Shown: positions 10,022-20,680 of the stretch, piece by piece
Position numbering within the stretch: position 1 is the first letter of the stretch
How the letters are laid out: every line of letters begins with the position of its first letter
Source: an uncultured Gammaproteobacteria bacterium
Lineage (GTDB): Bacteria > Pseudomonadota > Gammaproteobacteria > JACCXJ01
DNA: 64,000 nucleotides
Direction: 5' to 3'
NCBI GenBank assembly: GCA_963764725.1
Contig: CAVXTM010000018.1
Location: 96,001-160,000 of the forward strand
Notes under the pieces: generated by a model
Seen by the model: only the letters and a program-made list of their open reading frames with translations
Database searches by the model: none
What the model was told of the DNA's origin: nothing
Position numbers and translations under genes: made by a program

Positions 10022-12169
10022 TCAGTCGAGTGGCCTCGGCATGGCGATCCCATAGCCCTGCGCATAGTTGACGCCGATGGCCTTGAGCAGATCGAGCGTC
10101 GCCGGGGTCTCAACACATTCCGCTATCGTGGTGATCCCCATCACGCTCCCGACTCGGTGTATGGCCTCGACCATGGCGCAGTCGATTTCATCCGTCAGCA
10201 TGTTTCTCACGAAACCGCCGTCGATCTTGAGGCAATCGACCGGCAGGCTCTTTAGGTAACTGAACGAGGCCAAGCCGCTGCCGAAATCGTCTAAGGCGAA
10301 GCAACAGCCGCGGGCGCTGAGGGCGCCCATAAAGCGCCTTGCGTTGCTGAGGTCGGCCACCGCCGCGGTTTCCGTGATCTCGAAACAAAGGCAGGGTGAC
10401 GGCCCGTCCCATCGATCCAATTCTCCGAGGACAAAGTCTAAGAAGGCCTCATCGCCCAGGGACGGCCCCGAGAGATTGATGGCAAAGCGGACACGGCATT
10501 GATCGGGGCCGCGCGCCCGCAGCACCGCCAGAACCTGCCGCACGACCCAGCGATCGACGGATTGGATCAGACCGTAGCGTTCCGCCGCTGGGATAAAGGC
10601 TTCCGCGGGCACGACGACCCCATCCTCATTGAGGAGCCGTATCAGTACTTCCGCGCGTTCGAACTCCGCCTCCCGTTCCCCCAAGGGCGCGATCGGCTGT
10701 TCGTACAACCGGCAGCGTCCCTCCGCAAAGGCACGGTGGATGCGCGGCACCCATTGCATCTCGCTATGGCGTAGCGCCAGGTTGCTGTCGTCGGCCTTAT
10801 AGACATGCACGCGATTGCGCCCCCTTTCCTTCGCGGCGTAACAGGCGCTGTCGGCGGCCATCAGCACCTGGGGCAGGCTATCCGCGGCGGCCGGGATCGG
10901 CACCAGACCGATGCTGACACCGACGGCGAAAATCCGATCCTGGCAAGTAAACCGTAAGTCACTCACCGCGCGCCGGAGATCATCGGCGATGCGCAGCGCT
11001 TGGGTCGCCGTGCAATACTCGAGCAGGACGCCAAACTCGTCGCCCCCGAAGCGCGCGAGGGTGTCGCGTTTGCGCACCTTGGATCGCAACTGCGTCGTGA
11101 TCTGGCGCAATAGATCATCGCCGGCGGCATGGCCGCACGTGTCGTTCACCACTTTGAACTGATCCAGATCCAGGTACAGCAGCGCATGCTGTGCGTCACT
11201 TGCATTAGTGCCGAGGACGCGTTCGAGGCGGCGTTCGAACTCATGGCGATTAATGAGCCCGGTCAATGCGTCGTGGGTCGCCTGGTAGGTCAAGCGCTCG
11301 AACATCTCGCGCGCGTCGCTGATATCGCGAAAAACGAACACGGCCCCGTAGAGTTTTCCCCCGCCATCCTGGATCGGGGTGACCGAAGCCGAGACCGCGA
11401 GCGCTACCTGATCGCGGCGTAACAGGATAGCGTGCTCGTCCACGGCGGTGCATAGCTCCCCGAGGCGGCCTTCCGCCAGCAATCGCGCCAGCGGTTCATC
11501 CGCGGCCGGCCGATGCGCGCGGATGATTTTCAGGACTTGCTGCAGCGGCAACCCCTGCGCCTCGGCCTCGCTCCAGCCCGTGAGCCGCTCGGCCTCGGAA
11601 TTTAACAAGCTGACGCGGCCCTCGACATCGGTGGTGATGACCCCTTCGCCGATCGAGGCGAGCGTCGCGCGATAGCACTCCTTTTGGCTCTCGATCTGCA
11701 GCATCTTGTCTTCGAGCTTGCGCACCAGACGCGAGTTGTACTCTTTGAGATAGACGGCATCGTCGGCCGGCGGTTCTTGCGGGCTCGCGAGCGCCCCGAC
11801 CGCCCCCTGCGTGATCACTTCCCGCAAGATCCCTATGAAGTTCTCGGGTTCCTGAGGCTTGATGATGAATCGCGCCGCCCCCAGGCTCAGCGCGAAAGCC
11901 TCGTCGCGCGGGTCGGTGTAGGTCGCCGTGTAAAAGACAAACGGGATCTGCCGGTAGCGGCCGTCGCCCTTCACGGCGCGACAGAGCTGAAAGCCGTCCA
12001 TGCGTGGCATGAGGATGTCGGAGACGACCAGGTCGAAGGGTTGCTCGGAAAGCCGCTCCAGAGCCTCGGTCCCATCGCTCGCCGAGCGCACCCGGTAGCC
12101 GCTGGCGGGCAGGAGCGTCTCCAGCAGATAGCGGTTTGCCTGGTTATCGTCGACGATCAGAATGTTCAT
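10022..12169 (-). CDS. REC-PAS-GGDEF-EAL diguanylate cyclase/phosphodiesterase
   Basis: MNILIVDD receiver, PAS, RFGGDEF, EVLIR, DDFGSG, KIDG; start placed at ATG 12169. Confidence 0.93.
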   Translation of the reverse strand: MNILIVDDNQANRYLLETLLPASGYRVRSASDGTEALERLSEQPFDLVVSDILMPRMDGFQLCRAVKGDGRYRQIPFVFYTATYTDPRDEAFALSLGAARFIIKPQEPENFIGILREVITQGAVGALASPQEPPADDAVYLKEYNSRLVRKLEDKMLQIESQKECYRATLASIGEGVITTDVEGRVSLLNSEAERLTGWSEAEAQGLPLQQVLKIIRAHRPAADEPLARLLAEGRLGELCTAVDEHAILLRRDQVALAVSASVTPIQDGGGKLYGAVFVFRDISDAREMFERLTYQATHDALTGLINRHEFERRLERVLGTNASDAQHALLYLDLDQFKVVNDTCGHAAGDDLLRQITTQLRSKVRKRDTLARFGGDEFGVLLEYCTATQALRIADDLRRAVSDLRFTCQDRIFAVGVSIGLVPIPAAADSLPQVLMAADSACYAAKERGRNRVHVYKADDSNLALRHSEMQWVPRIHRAFAEGRCRLYEQPIAPLGEREAEFERAEVLIRLLNEDGVVVPAEAFIPAAERYGLIQSVDRWVVRQVLAVLRARGPDQCRVRFAINLSGPSLGDEAFLDFVLGELDRWDGPSPCLCFEITETAAVADLSNARRFMGALSARGCCFALDDFGSGLASFSYLKSLPVDCLKIDGGFVRNMLTDEIDCAMVEAIHRVGSVMGITTIAECVETPATLDLLKAIGVNYAQGYGIAMPRPLD

Positions 12170-12198
12170 GTCCCCCCCGCGGGCGGCCGGTTGCCGTT

Positions 12199-12561
12199 TT
12201 AAAGATACTGAGCTATCTGCGCTACAAAGGTCTCCGGAACAATGGGCTTCTCGATATACCCAGAACAACCGAGGCGAAGGGCCTTATCGCGATCGCCCAC
12301 CATGGCGTAGGAGCTGACGGCAACGATGGGAATTTGGGCGGTCTCGGGCAGAGACTTGATCCGTTGAATGGCCTCGTAGCCGTCCATCTCGGGCATGTGA
12401 ATATCCATCAGGATCAAGTCCGGGTGCTGCGCCTGGGCTTGCGCGATCGCCTCGAACCCGTCGCGCGCAATGATGACCTCATAGCCGTGCGTGCGCAGCA
12501 GAAATACCGACAGGTAACGGCTCTCATCGTTGTCCTCGGTTACCAGGATTTTCTTGCTCAT
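12199..12561 (-). CDS. Single-domain response regulator (DivK-like)
   Basis: ILVTEDN, LILMDIHMP, GYIEKP; no output domain. Confidence 0.93.
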   Translation of the reverse strand: MSKKILVTEDNDESRYLSVFLLRTHGYEVIIARDGFEAIAQAQAQHPDLILMDIHMPEMDGYEAIQRIKSLPETAQIPIVAVSSYAMVGDRDKALRLGCSGYIEKPIVPETFVAQIAQYL

Positions 12562-14210
12562 CTGTTTTCACCCACGCCGAGCGGTAGCGTCAAGGTAAAC
12601 CGCGAGCCCTTCCCGTATTCGCTCTCCGCCCGGATGTCTCCGCCCAAAAGCCCGGCCAGCCGGCGGCTCAGGTGCAGCCCGAGTCCCGCGCCTTCATAAC
12701 GGCGCCGGGCGGAGCCGTCCACCTGCCGGAAGGCCTCGAAGAGCAGCGCCATGTTCTCGGGCTTGATCCCGATCCCGGTGTCCGTCACATGGAATTCAAG
12801 CGCCTCGCCGCTGGCTACGCAACCGATGCGGACCTCCCCCTCTTCGGTGAATTTAACCCCGTTAGTGGCCAGATTCAACAAGATCTGAAAGATCCGCTTG
12901 CGGTCGCTCTGGACTTCGGGGAGCGGCGCGGGGATGTCGCTCACCAACTTGAGCGCCTTTCCGGCCACCGCGGGCGCCAAGCTCGCGATCACTTCCGCGA
13001 TGACTTCTTCGCACTGGAACGGCTCGCGCTGGAACTCCGCGCGGCCCGATTCTATCCGGGAGAGATCCAAGAGATCATTGATGAGCGTCAAGAGATGCTT
13101 GGCGGAGCCATAGACCATGGAGATCTGCTTGTGCTGCTCCGCGTTGAGCTCGCCGGCGATACCTTGCTTGAGGATCCCCGTGAACCCGATAATCGAGTTT
13201 AGCGGGGTCCGAAGCTCATGGCTCATGGTGGCCAGGAACTCGGACTTGAGCCGGTCGAGCTCCTTGAGCCGTTCGTTGGCTTCCTGCAACTCGCGGGTGC
13301 GCTCGGCGACCCGCGCCTCCAGATCCTCGCGCGCCGCTTCGAGCATCCGCCGCGCCTGCTCGTGCTGCGCAATCTCCAGAGCCAAGGCGGCCAGATCGGC
13401 GACGGACCCGGCAAAGTTTTGCTCATCCAGCGTCCAACGGCGCGCGGGGCCTATGTGTTCATGACAGACAATCCCGACAAGCTGAACTCCACGGCGCACC
13501 GGCGCATCCAGCATCGAAGTGATCCCCAAGGGCACGAGATAGTTGCTATCAAACTCTCTAGTGCGCGGATCGTTGCGGGCGTCATCGGCGGCCAGGGCCC
13601 AACATCCCCGTAGCGCCTGGAAATACGCGGGATACTCCGCCGCGCTGAGCTCTCCGCCCACGCTGTGCCGGTCTTGATCGCTTTCGTAGATCTCCAGGCA
13701 TTCCAGCTTGGACTGATCATCGCTGAACCTCCACACGCTGACGCGCGCCACGCCGAGCGTCCGAGCCGCCCGCTCGGTCAGCTCCTGCATCGCCCGCCGG
13801 AGATCCAAAAAACGAATGACCCGGTTACTCGTCAACGCCATGAGAGCAGCGTTCTGCCGTTCCAGGCGTGCTTCGCTCGCACGCAGAGATCGCTCCGAGT
13901 GTTCACGCTGCTCGATTTCCTGAGCGAGCGCCCCCGCCATTTCTTGACTCCTCCGCGTGCGCCGTAAGCTGGAACCCAAGAAACCGCTGGTCACGGCAAA
14001 CATCAGCAACAAGCCGATCACCACGGACCAGGCGGCCCATCGAAGGTGCGTCAACTCCCGCACCAGAAAAACCCCCAAACCCATGACTGCAAGTCCCAGG
14101 ACTACGGTGATGAGCAAAGGTGCATAGAGCCACCGGCCGGCGCGGCGCTCGCCAGCGGCGGACCCAGGCGAGTCGGCGGATGGCCCTGCCTGGTCGCGAG
14201 TCTTGCCCAT
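12558..14210 (-). CDS. Membrane GAF-domain sensor histidine kinase
   Basis: Two TM helices, GAF (VCHEH), H-box MSHELRTPLN, N/G boxes DTGIG and GAGLGL. Confidence 0.93.
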   Translation of the reverse strand: MGKTRDQAGPSADSPGSAAGERRAGRWLYAPLLITVVLGLAVMGLGVFLVRELTHLRWAAWSVVIGLLLMFAVTSGFLGSSLRRTRRSQEMAGALAQEIEQREHSERSLRASEARLERQNAALMALTSNRVIRFLDLRRAMQELTERAARTLGVARVSVWRFSDDQSKLECLEIYESDQDRHSVGGELSAAEYPAYFQALRGCWALAADDARNDPRTREFDSNYLVPLGITSMLDAPVRRGVQLVGIVCHEHIGPARRWTLDEQNFAGSVADLAALALEIAQHEQARRMLEAAREDLEARVAERTRELQEANERLKELDRLKSEFLATMSHELRTPLNSIIGFTGILKQGIAGELNAEQHKQISMVYGSAKHLLTLINDLLDLSRIESGRAEFQREPFQCEEVIAEVIASLAPAVAGKALKLVSDIPAPLPEVQSDRKRIFQILLNLATNGVKFTEEGEVRIGCVASGEALEFHVTDTGIGIKPENMALLFEAFRQVDGSARRRYEGAGLGLHLSRRLAGLLGGDIRAESEYGKGSRFTLTLPLGVGENR

Positions 14211-14230
14211 GGGAGAACCGCGCTCCGCGG

Positions 14231-14764
14231 CTAATCCTCCGCTAACGCCTTCGGGACCCTATGCGTCTCGATCTGGCCGCACCCCGGCTGTAAACCGGCC
14301 CACGATTCGGGTAAGCGGATGCCGACGACGGCGCCGGTCGGCATGAGCTTTCCCTGCGTCGGCAACCCGCCCGTGCCTGCGGCGAGATAAACAACCAATG
14401 CTTCCAAGCCCGGGTTATGGCCCACCAGCAATAGCCGTTGGGTTTTCTTTGGACAACTGGCAAGGACCTTCAGTAAGGTCGTGACCTCTGCGCCGTAGAT
14501 CGCGGGCTCCCAATGAATCTGGCCCTTCTTGATATCGAGCACCTCGCAGACCAGGAGGCAGGTCTGGCGCGCGCGCACGGCCGGTGAGCTCACGACCCGG
14601 TCCGGGATCAACGCTTGCTCGCGCAACCAGCGCCCCATGCGCGGCGCGTCTCGCTCCCCGCGCTTCGCTAAGGGGCGGTCAAAGTCCGATCCGGGGCCGC
14701 TGTCCCAGGCGGATTTCGCGTGCCGCATCACCAGTAAGCGCCGCGCTGCAGGCGAAATCGTCAT
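14231..14764 (-). CDS. sixA: Phosphohistidine phosphatase, SixA family
   Basis: MRHAKS, SSPAVRARQT, LVGHNPG. Confidence 0.88.
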   Translation of the reverse strand: MTISPAARRLLVMRHAKSAWDSGPGSDFDRPLAKRGERDAPRMGRWLREQALIPDRVVSSPAVRARQTCLLVCEVLDIKKGQIHWEPAIYGAEVTTLLKVLASCPKKTQRLLLVGHNPGLEALVVYLAAGTGGLPTQGKLMPTGAVVGIRLPESWAGLQPGCGQIETHRVPKALAED

Positions 14765-15960
14765 CGCACGCGCGCCTCGCCATGCTGCTCGGCCTCTTCA
14801 CGCCCGCAAGCACCGGCGCCGTTCACCCACTGGTCCCGATAGTCAAGGTAATCGTAGCGCTTCTTGAGCACGATCCTGCCCGTGCTTTCCTTGGCATAGA
14901 TTCCTGGGAGATTGATCCCATTGAAGCGCGAAGCCTTGACCAGGCTATAGGCACCGATGCCGTCGAACGTGATCCGATCGCCCACCCCGAGCAGCTCGCT
15001 GAATTCGTAGTCCCCGAAGAGGTCGCCCGCAAGGCAGCTCGAGCCGGCGATGAGGTACCGATACCGCCCGCCGCGTACCGCTTCCCGCAAGGCCGGGCTC
15101 GTCTGATATTCGAACACTTCCGGCAGATGCGCGACGGTGGTGTCCAAGACAGCCACTTGGCGGCCTTCGCTAGGGAACACATCGACCACGCTAGCGATGA
15201 GACAGGCCCCTTCTCCGACCACGGCCTTACCGGGTTCAAACAGCACTTCCAACCCATAGCGCCGTTGCAAACCTCCCACGATGCGCGCGAATTCTTCGAC
15301 CGCTTCCGGCCGATCGACATAATAACCGCCGCCGAGATTGATCCACTCGAGCCTCCCCAGCCATGCGCCGAGCACTTTCTCGACCCGTACGAGCGTGGCG
15401 GCGAGCGGGCTGAGATCGCGCGCCGCGTGCATGGTGTGAAAGTGGACACCGCTGAGCCCGGCAAGATCAGCGCCGCCTGCGTCCAAAGCGCTCCTAACGA
15501 CGCCGAGCGCGGCGCCGAGTTTGGAATACGGCCGACAGGGGTCATAGCGCGGATCGCCGAGATGCGAGACACCGGGATTGATGCGCAATCCCCGGCGCCC
15601 GCCCGCGAGCTGCCCGCGCTCGCGGCAGCGCTGCCATTGCGCGAGGGAATTAAAGCTTACATAGTCGCAGCGCCGGGTGATTTCGGGCACCTCGTCCGCT
15701 CTCAATCCGGGGGTCGTGATGTGAATCACGCCCTTATCGGTGAGCACCTCGCGCGCTAACCTGGCCTCGAACAAGGAGCTCACGGAGAACCCGTCGAGCA
15801 GCGGCCGCAGGCACTCGAGGATATCGACGAACGGTAAGGCTTTGATGGAGAATAAGAGCTTGAAACCCCTCTCCTCGCGGAGGGGCGCGAGCCAAGACAA
15901 GGCCCGGCGCAGAGCTGCTTCGTCGTAAACAAAGGCGGGAGTAAGGATAGAGACACTCAT
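14761..15960 (-). CDS. nspC: Carboxynorspermidine/carboxyspermidine decarboxylase-like PLP enzyme
   Basis: FSIKA, GLRINP, YDPCRPYSKLG, WINLGGG, EPG, SCLAGD, FNGINLP; substrate not established. Confidence 0.72.
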   Translation of the reverse strand: MSVSILTPAFVYDEAALRRALSWLAPLREERGFKLLFSIKALPFVDILECLRPLLDGFSVSSLFEARLAREVLTDKGVIHITTPGLRADEVPEITRRCDYVSFNSLAQWQRCRERGQLAGGRRGLRINPGVSHLGDPRYDPCRPYSKLGAALGVVRSALDAGGADLAGLSGVHFHTMHAARDLSPLAATLVRVEKVLGAWLGRLEWINLGGGYYVDRPEAVEEFARIVGGLQRRYGLEVLFEPGKAVVGEGACLIASVVDVFPSEGRQVAVLDTTVAHLPEVFEYQTSPALREAVRGGRYRYLIAGSSCLAGDLFGDYEFSELLGVGDRITFDGIGAYSLVKASRFNGINLPGIYAKESTGRIVLKKRYDYLDYRDQWVNGAGACGREEAEQHGEARVR

Positions 15961-16087
15961 GCAACCGATGACCTGTGTGGTAAGACGCTCATATTACGCA
16001 CGCTAGAAAACGCGGACCAAAAGATAACACAGCATGAGGGACCGTGCGCCGTTAAGCGGCATGCTCTGAACCCATCAGCACTCGTGA

Positions 16088-17248
16088 ATGACGGAGAACC
16101 CAATGCCCGAGAGCCCGCTTGACGATAACGCGCGACCCGCCCCCATCGCGGTGAGCGCCGCATTCAAGAACCTCAGCCTGGCCGCGATCGCCCACGTCAA
16201 TCACGGCGAGGAGATCCGCGTCCGGCCGATCATGGATGGGACTCAAGACCTATTCGAGAAAACCTTGCGGCTTTTGGATCAACACCAGGCGCCGGCCGAA
16301 GCCCCGGCGAACGCCGAGGCGCCGGAGCCGGACCGTTTCATACCGGAACACCAAGACCTTCGAAAACGCTTCCTCTACGCCGAGGCCGTCGGCGGTTATG
16401 CGACGCTGAGCGATCTCATCGACTCCTACTCGCCGGGCTACAAATTCTATGACCAATTCGACAAGAACGGCGCGGATGCGACCCTGACCCCCGCCACGGT
16501 TCGGACCCTGGAGAGCTACTTCGCGCGCATGAGCGACGCGCTAGCGCACGCCCACGACTATCTCCATAAACACGCCGCGCAGGATTTTGACCACGCGGAC
16601 ATCGGCGAGCTGCACGAGATCATGATCCGATCCCGCGAGCGCGCGCGGAAAGTATCCGCCATTCTGGGCCATCATCTAATGCAAGAGATCGAGCGCGCGG
16701 TGCAGATGTTAAACGCGATCTGTGAGAAGATCCGCACAGTCGAGAAGGGGATCAACGGCATCTTTCTGGTCGAAAGTGAGATCATGTTTGTGCCGGCGAC
16801 CGATCTCATCGAATGCATCAATAACATTTTTAAGGGCGTGGGTAACCCTTACCTCACGAGCAAGATCGACGGGCTGCTGTTGCTTGCGGCCAGAAACCTG
16901 ATGATCGAGGTGGTTTCGTTTTATTCCTACTACGGCAAGGAACAAATCTATCATAGCTATAAGAAAAGCGGCGGCAGGCTCGGTAACTCCACGATCAGCC
17001 GTGTCATCCGCAAGGAGATGAAGACCGTGTTCGATGCCTGTAAGGAGAAAAACAAACTGGTATTAATCCGCGTGATGAAGGGGGCCGAGCGCAGCTTCGA
17101 GCTGTCGATCGAGGCTATCCAGCGCGAGGCGGAGCGCACCGCCGTACAAGCCGTGCGAGCCATCCTGCCCGCACCCGCACCCCTCGGCCCGCCGGCACCG
17201 AAACGCGGTTGGCTGCAAACCCTGCTGGCACGCTTATTCGGCCGCTGA
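16088..17248 (+). CDS. Hypothetical helical protein with C-terminal amphipathic tail
   Basis: 386-aa ORF with coding-like codon usage; ends PAPKRGWLQTLLARLFGR. Confidence 0.8.
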   Translation: MTENPMPESPLDDNARPAPIAVSAAFKNLSLAAIAHVNHGEEIRVRPIMDGTQDLFEKTLRLLDQHQAPAEAPANAEAPEPDRFIPEHQDLRKRFLYAEAVGGYATLSDLIDSYSPGYKFYDQFDKNGADATLTPATVRTLESYFARMSDALAHAHDYLHKHAAQDFDHADIGELHEIMIRSRERARKVSAILGHHLMQEIERAVQMLNAICEKIRTVEKGINGIFLVESEIMFVPATDLIECINNIFKGVGNPYLTSKIDGLLLLAARNLMIEVVSFYSYYGKEQIYHSYKKSGGRLGNSTISRVIRKEMKTVFDACKEKNKLVLIRVMKGAERSFELSIEAIQREAERTAVQAVRAILPAPAPLGPPAPKRGWLQTLLARLFGR

Positions 17249-17293
17249 CCGGCCCCGCGGCTCGCCACCGGAACACTCCGGTCCGCCGAACCC

Positions 17294-18223
17294 ATGCCAG
17301 CCCTCTCGATCAAAAACCTGCACAAGACCTACAAAAACGGTTTTCAAGCCTTAAAAGGCATCGATCTAGAGGTAGAAAGCGGTGATTTTTTTGCCTTGCT
17401 CGGCCCAAACGGCGCGGGCAAGTCGACGACTATCGGAATCATCACCGGCCTGGTCATCAAGTCCGGCGGATCGGTAAGCGTCTACGGGCATAACATCGAG
17501 GATGAGATCGAGGCGGCCAAGACACACATCGGACTCGTGCCCCAAGAGATCAATTTCTCCCAATTCGAACCGGTCATCGATATCGTCGTCAACCAAGCCG
17601 GTTACTATGGCCTGGAACGCACCCTTGCTAAACAACGCGCCGCAAAGTACTTGAAGGCGCTAGGGCTGTGGGAGAAACGAAATGATCGCTCTCGTACACT
17701 GTCGGGGGGCATGAAGCGGCGGCTGATGATCGCTCGGGCGCTGGTGCACGAGCCCAAGCTTCTCATCCTGGATGAACCAACGGCGGGCGTGGACATCGAG
17801 CTGCGGCGTTCGATGTGGGAATTTCTGCGCGCAACCAATCTTGAAGGCACGACGATTATCTTGACCACGCACTATCTGGAAGAGGCCGAGCGCCTGTGCC
17901 GCAAAATCGCCATCATCGACCAAGGGGAAATCATAGAAAATACGTCGATGAAGCGCCTGCTGGCGCAGCTCAACATGGAGACCTTCGTCTTGGACATTCG
18001 CCAGCATCTCATAGAGCCTCCCCTCGTCAACGGCTACCATCTGCGCTTTGTCGATGAGACCACGCTCGAGGTCGATGTCAGCAAGGCCTTGGGTATCAAT
18101 GAGCTGTTTCGTGGCCTCTCCGAACGGGGAGTCGAGGTTGTCAGCATGCGCAACAAGGCCAACCGGCTCGAAGAGCTCTTCATGCGCTTACTCGACAAGT
18201 CCGCTAATAATTCCCATGCTTAG
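17294..18223 (+). CDS. ABC-2 transporter ATP-binding protein (YadG-like)
   Basis: GPNGAGKS, LSGGMKRR, LDEPTAG, SMRNKANRLEELF. Confidence 0.93.
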   Translation: MPALSIKNLHKTYKNGFQALKGIDLEVESGDFFALLGPNGAGKSTTIGIITGLVIKSGGSVSVYGHNIEDEIEAAKTHIGLVPQEINFSQFEPVIDIVVNQAGYYGLERTLAKQRAAKYLKALGLWEKRNDRSRTLSGGMKRRLMIARALVHEPKLLILDEPTAGVDIELRRSMWEFLRATNLEGTTIILTTHYLEEAERLCRKIAIIDQGEIIENTSMKRLLAQLNMETFVLDIRQHLIEPPLVNGYHLRFVDETTLEVDVSKALGINELFRGLSERGVEVVSMRNKANRLEELFMRLLDKSANNSHA

Positions 18224-18998
18224 CGGCGCAGCGCGGCGCTACGCCATCGCCTATCGCACCATCGTCATCAAAGAGGTTGTGCGGTTTCTGCGGATTTGGG
18301 TGCAAACGATTCTGCCCGCGGCCATCACCATGACCCTGTATTTTCTTATTTTCGGGAACCTCATCGGTCCGCGCATCGGCGCGATGGAAGGTTTCCGCTA
18401 TGTGCAATACATTGCGCCCGGAATCATCATGATGGCGGTCATCACGAATTCCTACGCCAACGTCGTATCGTCGTTCTTCGGCTCCAAGTTTCAAAAGCAT
18501 ATCGAGGAGATGCTGGTCGCACCCATCCCGAACTGGATCATCATGGCCGGATTCGTCACCGGTGGCGTCGCGCGCGGATTATGTGTCGGTATCGTAGTCA
18601 CGGCCGTCGCGCTCGTCTTTACCGATCTCCACGTTCACTCCCTCACCGTGATGGCCTCCACGATCCTGCTCACGGCCATGCTGCTTTCGCTGGGCGGACT
18701 CATCAACGGGCTGTTCGCCCGTAACTTCGACGACACCTCGATTATACCCACCTTCGTGCTCACGCCGCTCACCTATCTCGGCGGGGTCTTCTATTCCATC
18801 AACCTCCTGCCCGAAACGTGGCAGATAGTCTCCTTCGGGAATCCGATTCTCTATATGGTCAACGCCTTCCGCTATGGGGTGTTGGGCGTGTCCGACATCC
18901 CCTTGCCCGCCGCTTATGGGGTGATCCTCCTTTTGATTGCTGCACTCTGGTGGTTCAGCTTACGTTTGTTCAATCAGGGGATCGGGATAAGGACTTGA
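18216..18998 (+). CDS. ABC-2 transporter permease (YadH-like)
   Basis: RIWVQTILP, PGIIMMAVITNSYANV, LTYLGGVFYS; ATG 18216 overlaps the previous gene. Confidence 0.92.
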   Translation: MLSGAARRYAIAYRTIVIKEVVRFLRIWVQTILPAAITMTLYFLIFGNLIGPRIGAMEGFRYVQYIAPGIIMMAVITNSYANVVSSFFGSKFQKHIEEMLVAPIPNWIIMAGFVTGGVARGLCVGIVVTAVALVFTDLHVHSLTVMASTILLTAMLLSLGGLINGLFARNFDDTSIIPTFVLTPLTYLGGVFYSINLLPETWQIVSFGNPILYMVNAFRYGVLGVSDIPLPAAYGVILLLIAALWWFSLRLFNQGIGIRT

Positions 18999-19100
18999 TG
19001 GTGCCACATGCGCGCGCGCCGACTACGTCTCCAGAGGACCGGTCCCGTGGAAATTCCTTGGGCCGTCCATCCCGATCCGGACGGTAGCCGCAAACGCGAC

Positions 19101-19820
19101 ATGGCGCGGCGAAAGTATGCTGGGTGGCGAACGCCGATGCGTGTCCTGCGCAGCGCCCTGCTCGCCTTTTTCCTGATCCCCGTGCTCCTCGTGCTGTGCC
19201 TGCGCTGGTTCGATCCGTGGGTGACGAGCTTCATGCTGCGCGATCTCACGCTGGCCCTTGTCGAAGGGCGCGAGGATCATGCTTTTCACTACCGCTGGGT
19301 TGATTGGCATAAGATTTCTCCGCATGCGAAGCTCGCCGTGGTGGCCTCGGAGGATCAGAAGTTTCCTCGGCACTTCGGTTTCGACCTCGATGCCATCGCG
19401 CAGGTCTGGCGCGGTAACCGGCTCGGCGGCCACATGCGCGGGGCAAGCACCATCTCCCAGCAACTCGCGAAGAATCTGTTTCTCTGGCCCGGGAAAAGTT
19501 ATCTGCGCAAAGGCCTCGAGGCTTATCTCACGATATTAATCGAAACGCTCTTACCCAAGCGCCGGATCCTGGAAGTGTATCTCAACGTGGTTCAGTTCGG
19601 GGACGGTGTCTTCGGGATCCGGGCCGCGAGCGAGACGTACTTCGGCAAACCACCTGCTATGCTGGCCGCGCGTGAGGCCGCGCTCCTTGCGGCGGTGTTG
19701 CCGAATCCCGAGCGCTACCGCGCCGCGCCGCGCCCCTCGCGGCATGTTCAGGCCCGCCAGACATGGATCTTAAGGCAGATGACGCGCCTCGGCGGGAGCG
19801 CATACCTGGCGCAGTTGTAA
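19101..19820 (+). CDS. mtgA: Monofunctional peptidoglycan transglycosylase
   Basis: [38 protein letters not shown]. Confidence 0.95.
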   Translation: MARRKYAGWRTPMRVLRSALLAFFLIPVLLVLCLRWFDPWVTSFMLRDLTLALVEGREDHAFHYRWVDWHKISPHAKLAVVASEDQKFPRHFGFDLDAIAQVWRGNRLGGHMRGASTISQQLAKNLFLWPGKSYLRKGLEAYLTILIETLLPKRRILEVYLNVVQFGDGVFGIRAASETYFGKPPAMLAAREAALLAAVLPNPERYRAAPRPSRHVQARQTWILRQMTRLGGSAYLAQL

Positions 19821-19840
19821 GGGATGCTCGAGGTAAGCTA

Positions 19841-20662
19841 ATGCAACGCGCTATATCCCTAACCCCTCGACCTCCCGTGGCGATGACACTCTGCCTTCTG
19901 ATCGCGTTGATCCAAACGTCTTTGGCCGCGCCGATCGAGGTACGACTCCACTATGTCGGCGCGCGCGAGGACGCGGCCTTTCTCGGCGTCTCCCAGGGGC
20001 TGGAAGAGGCCAACCTTCAGGGCGGGTTTTTAGGTCAGCGTTACGTGTTGGACGTCGAGCGCGACACACCGGTCCGGCTCACCGCTATCCTGGCGGCGAT
20101 CGAGGAGGAGGCGCTCGTTGCCCTTGCCGGGCAGCATCCCGGCATACCGGTGTTTAATCTTAGCTCGGAGACCGACGCGCTGCGTGATAAATGCCTTACT
20201 AACCTGCTGCACGTTATTCCTAGCCGCGAGATGAAACGCGATGCGCTGGCCCAATGGCGTAAACTGCACCCCGGGTCGAAGGCGCTTGCGCAGGCTTGGC
20301 ATCCGGAATTCAAAAAATACTCCGCCGAGCAGCTCAGCAAGCGGTTTCTGAAGGCGCGCGGACAGGCCATGGACGATGGCGCCTGGGCCGGTTGGGCCGC
20401 AGTCAAGCTGCTCTCCGATAGCGTGGCGCGGCTCGGAACGGCGGAACCGGAAAGTTTACTCGACTATATTAGGACCGAGCTTGCTTTCGATGGACAAAAG
20501 GGGATCGATATGAACTTCCGGCCGAACGGCCAGTTGCGGCAACCGTTGTTCCTCGTGGAAGGCGGCAAGATCGCCGGCGAAGCCCCGGTCAAGGATGTGG
20601 TGGATATCGAAGATCTCGACAGCCTCGGAAGCAGCGCCTGCCCGCAACCGGATAGTCAATAA
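19841..20662 (+). CDS. Periplasmic binding protein of the PQQ-alcohol-dehydrogenase-associated type (PedA1/LutA-like)
   Basis: Signal peptide, GLEEANLQGGFLGQ, WAGWAAVK, FDGQKG, FRPNGQLRQP; adjacent YVTN propeller. Confidence 0.7.
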   Translation: MQRAISLTPRPPVAMTLCLLIALIQTSLAAPIEVRLHYVGAREDAAFLGVSQGLEEANLQGGFLGQRYVLDVERDTPVRLTAILAAIEEEALVALAGQHPGIPVFNLSSETDALRDKCLTNLLHVIPSREMKRDALAQWRKLHPGSKALAQAWHPEFKKYSAEQLSKRFLKARGQAMDDGAWAGWAAVKLLSDSVARLGTAEPESLLDYIRTELAFDGQKGIDMNFRPNGQLRQPLFLVEGGKIAGEAPVKDVVDIEDLDSLGSSACPQPDSQ

Positions 20663-20680
20663 TCATAGGAGAGTTCGTTC

